This document shows, piece after piece, positions 7,454 to 8,099 of a stretch of DNA of 8,099 bases (its first letter is position 1; every line of letters begins with the position of its first letter). The position numbers were made by a program, and so were the translations under genes. Source of the DNA: Oopsacas minuta. Taxonomy: Eukaryota > Animalia > Porifera. The notes below the pieces were generated by a model. It made no database searches and was not told the origin of the DNA. It worked only from the letters and a program-made list of their open reading frames with translations. Location: assembly GCA_024704765.1 (NCBI GenBank), contig JAKMXF010000178.1, positions 1-8,099 of the forward strand, read 5' to 3'.

Positions 7454-8099
7454 TTCACGCTATATTGAATTAATATATTGAAATATTATCAAATCGTCAG
7501 CCAAATTAGCCTTTAAACAGAACAAATTCTAACTAAATGTGGCCCATTAGGAATAACAGAATAGCCAGAACTACAGTAGTCAGTTGGTCAAATAGAAATA
7601 AGTTTTTTGGGAGTTTAATCAACCTGTTCCACTTTATACCAATGCAACTAAATCTCATTTATATATGAATAATCATATTTTTGCCCCAAAATTCAATTTG
7701 ATGCTAGAGATTTGTTTAACGCATATACTGAGGTAATTGGGCATGTTGAGTCTAGTTTTGATTTTTTAAAGTAGGAGCTCCCAAATTAGGTCGAGCCGCG
7801 TGATATACTCTACACTGAGAGGTTAGGGGTTCGTAACTCTTGGGAAAGAACACAGGCAAATGACTCCGAGCTGCACTCTCAGTCTGTCGATTGGACATTT
7901 TCTTGTTAGTTTACTTTTTTTATGGTTAGAAAATGTAAGGAATCATTTTAGACTACCTAAAAAGTTCAAACGGCTATCCTTCATCTCATTTAGGCGCCAT
8001 TTATGCGATGACGTTAGCATTTATATAATTTGACTATTTTCTCAAATATTTTTGTAAAAAATGTATTTTATTTAACTTTATATGCTAATATTGTTTGAA

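Noticed and set aside
7815-7895. ACTGAGAG/CTCTCAGT 8-bp inverted repeat, one TTAGGG and a CCAAT-like box upstream of the NHL gene
   Set aside because: All are short enough to occur by chance; no TSS information to support a promoter call.

Overview
AT-rich, low-coding-density DNA that reads as eukaryotic (invertebrate animal), not prokaryotic. It has one intact, apparently intronless gene at 6179-7453 (-), encoding an N-terminal coiled coil plus a six-bladed NHL beta-propeller. This is TRIM2/3/NHL-1-like but lacks RING and B-box. From memory, not from a search, it resembles the expanded NHL family of the glass sponge Oopsacas minuta. The ~6 kb downstream of the gene (1-5950) is a dense graveyard of cut-and-paste DNA transposons. 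These include two decayed hAT transposase C-termini (Buster type at ~406-950; Tip100/ZMYM1 type at 4178-4413) and four hAT-type non-autonomous elements with TIRs and 8-bp TSD-like flanks (64, 82, 390 and 747 bp). There are also Tc1/pogo-type MITE ends with TA TSDs, a ~900-bp foldback element with TTA TSD, and a possible Helitron tail-head junction. I see no rRNA, tRNA or CRISPR array, and no convincing new multi-gene system. The interest lies in the TE architecture and the truncated TRIM-like NHL gene.
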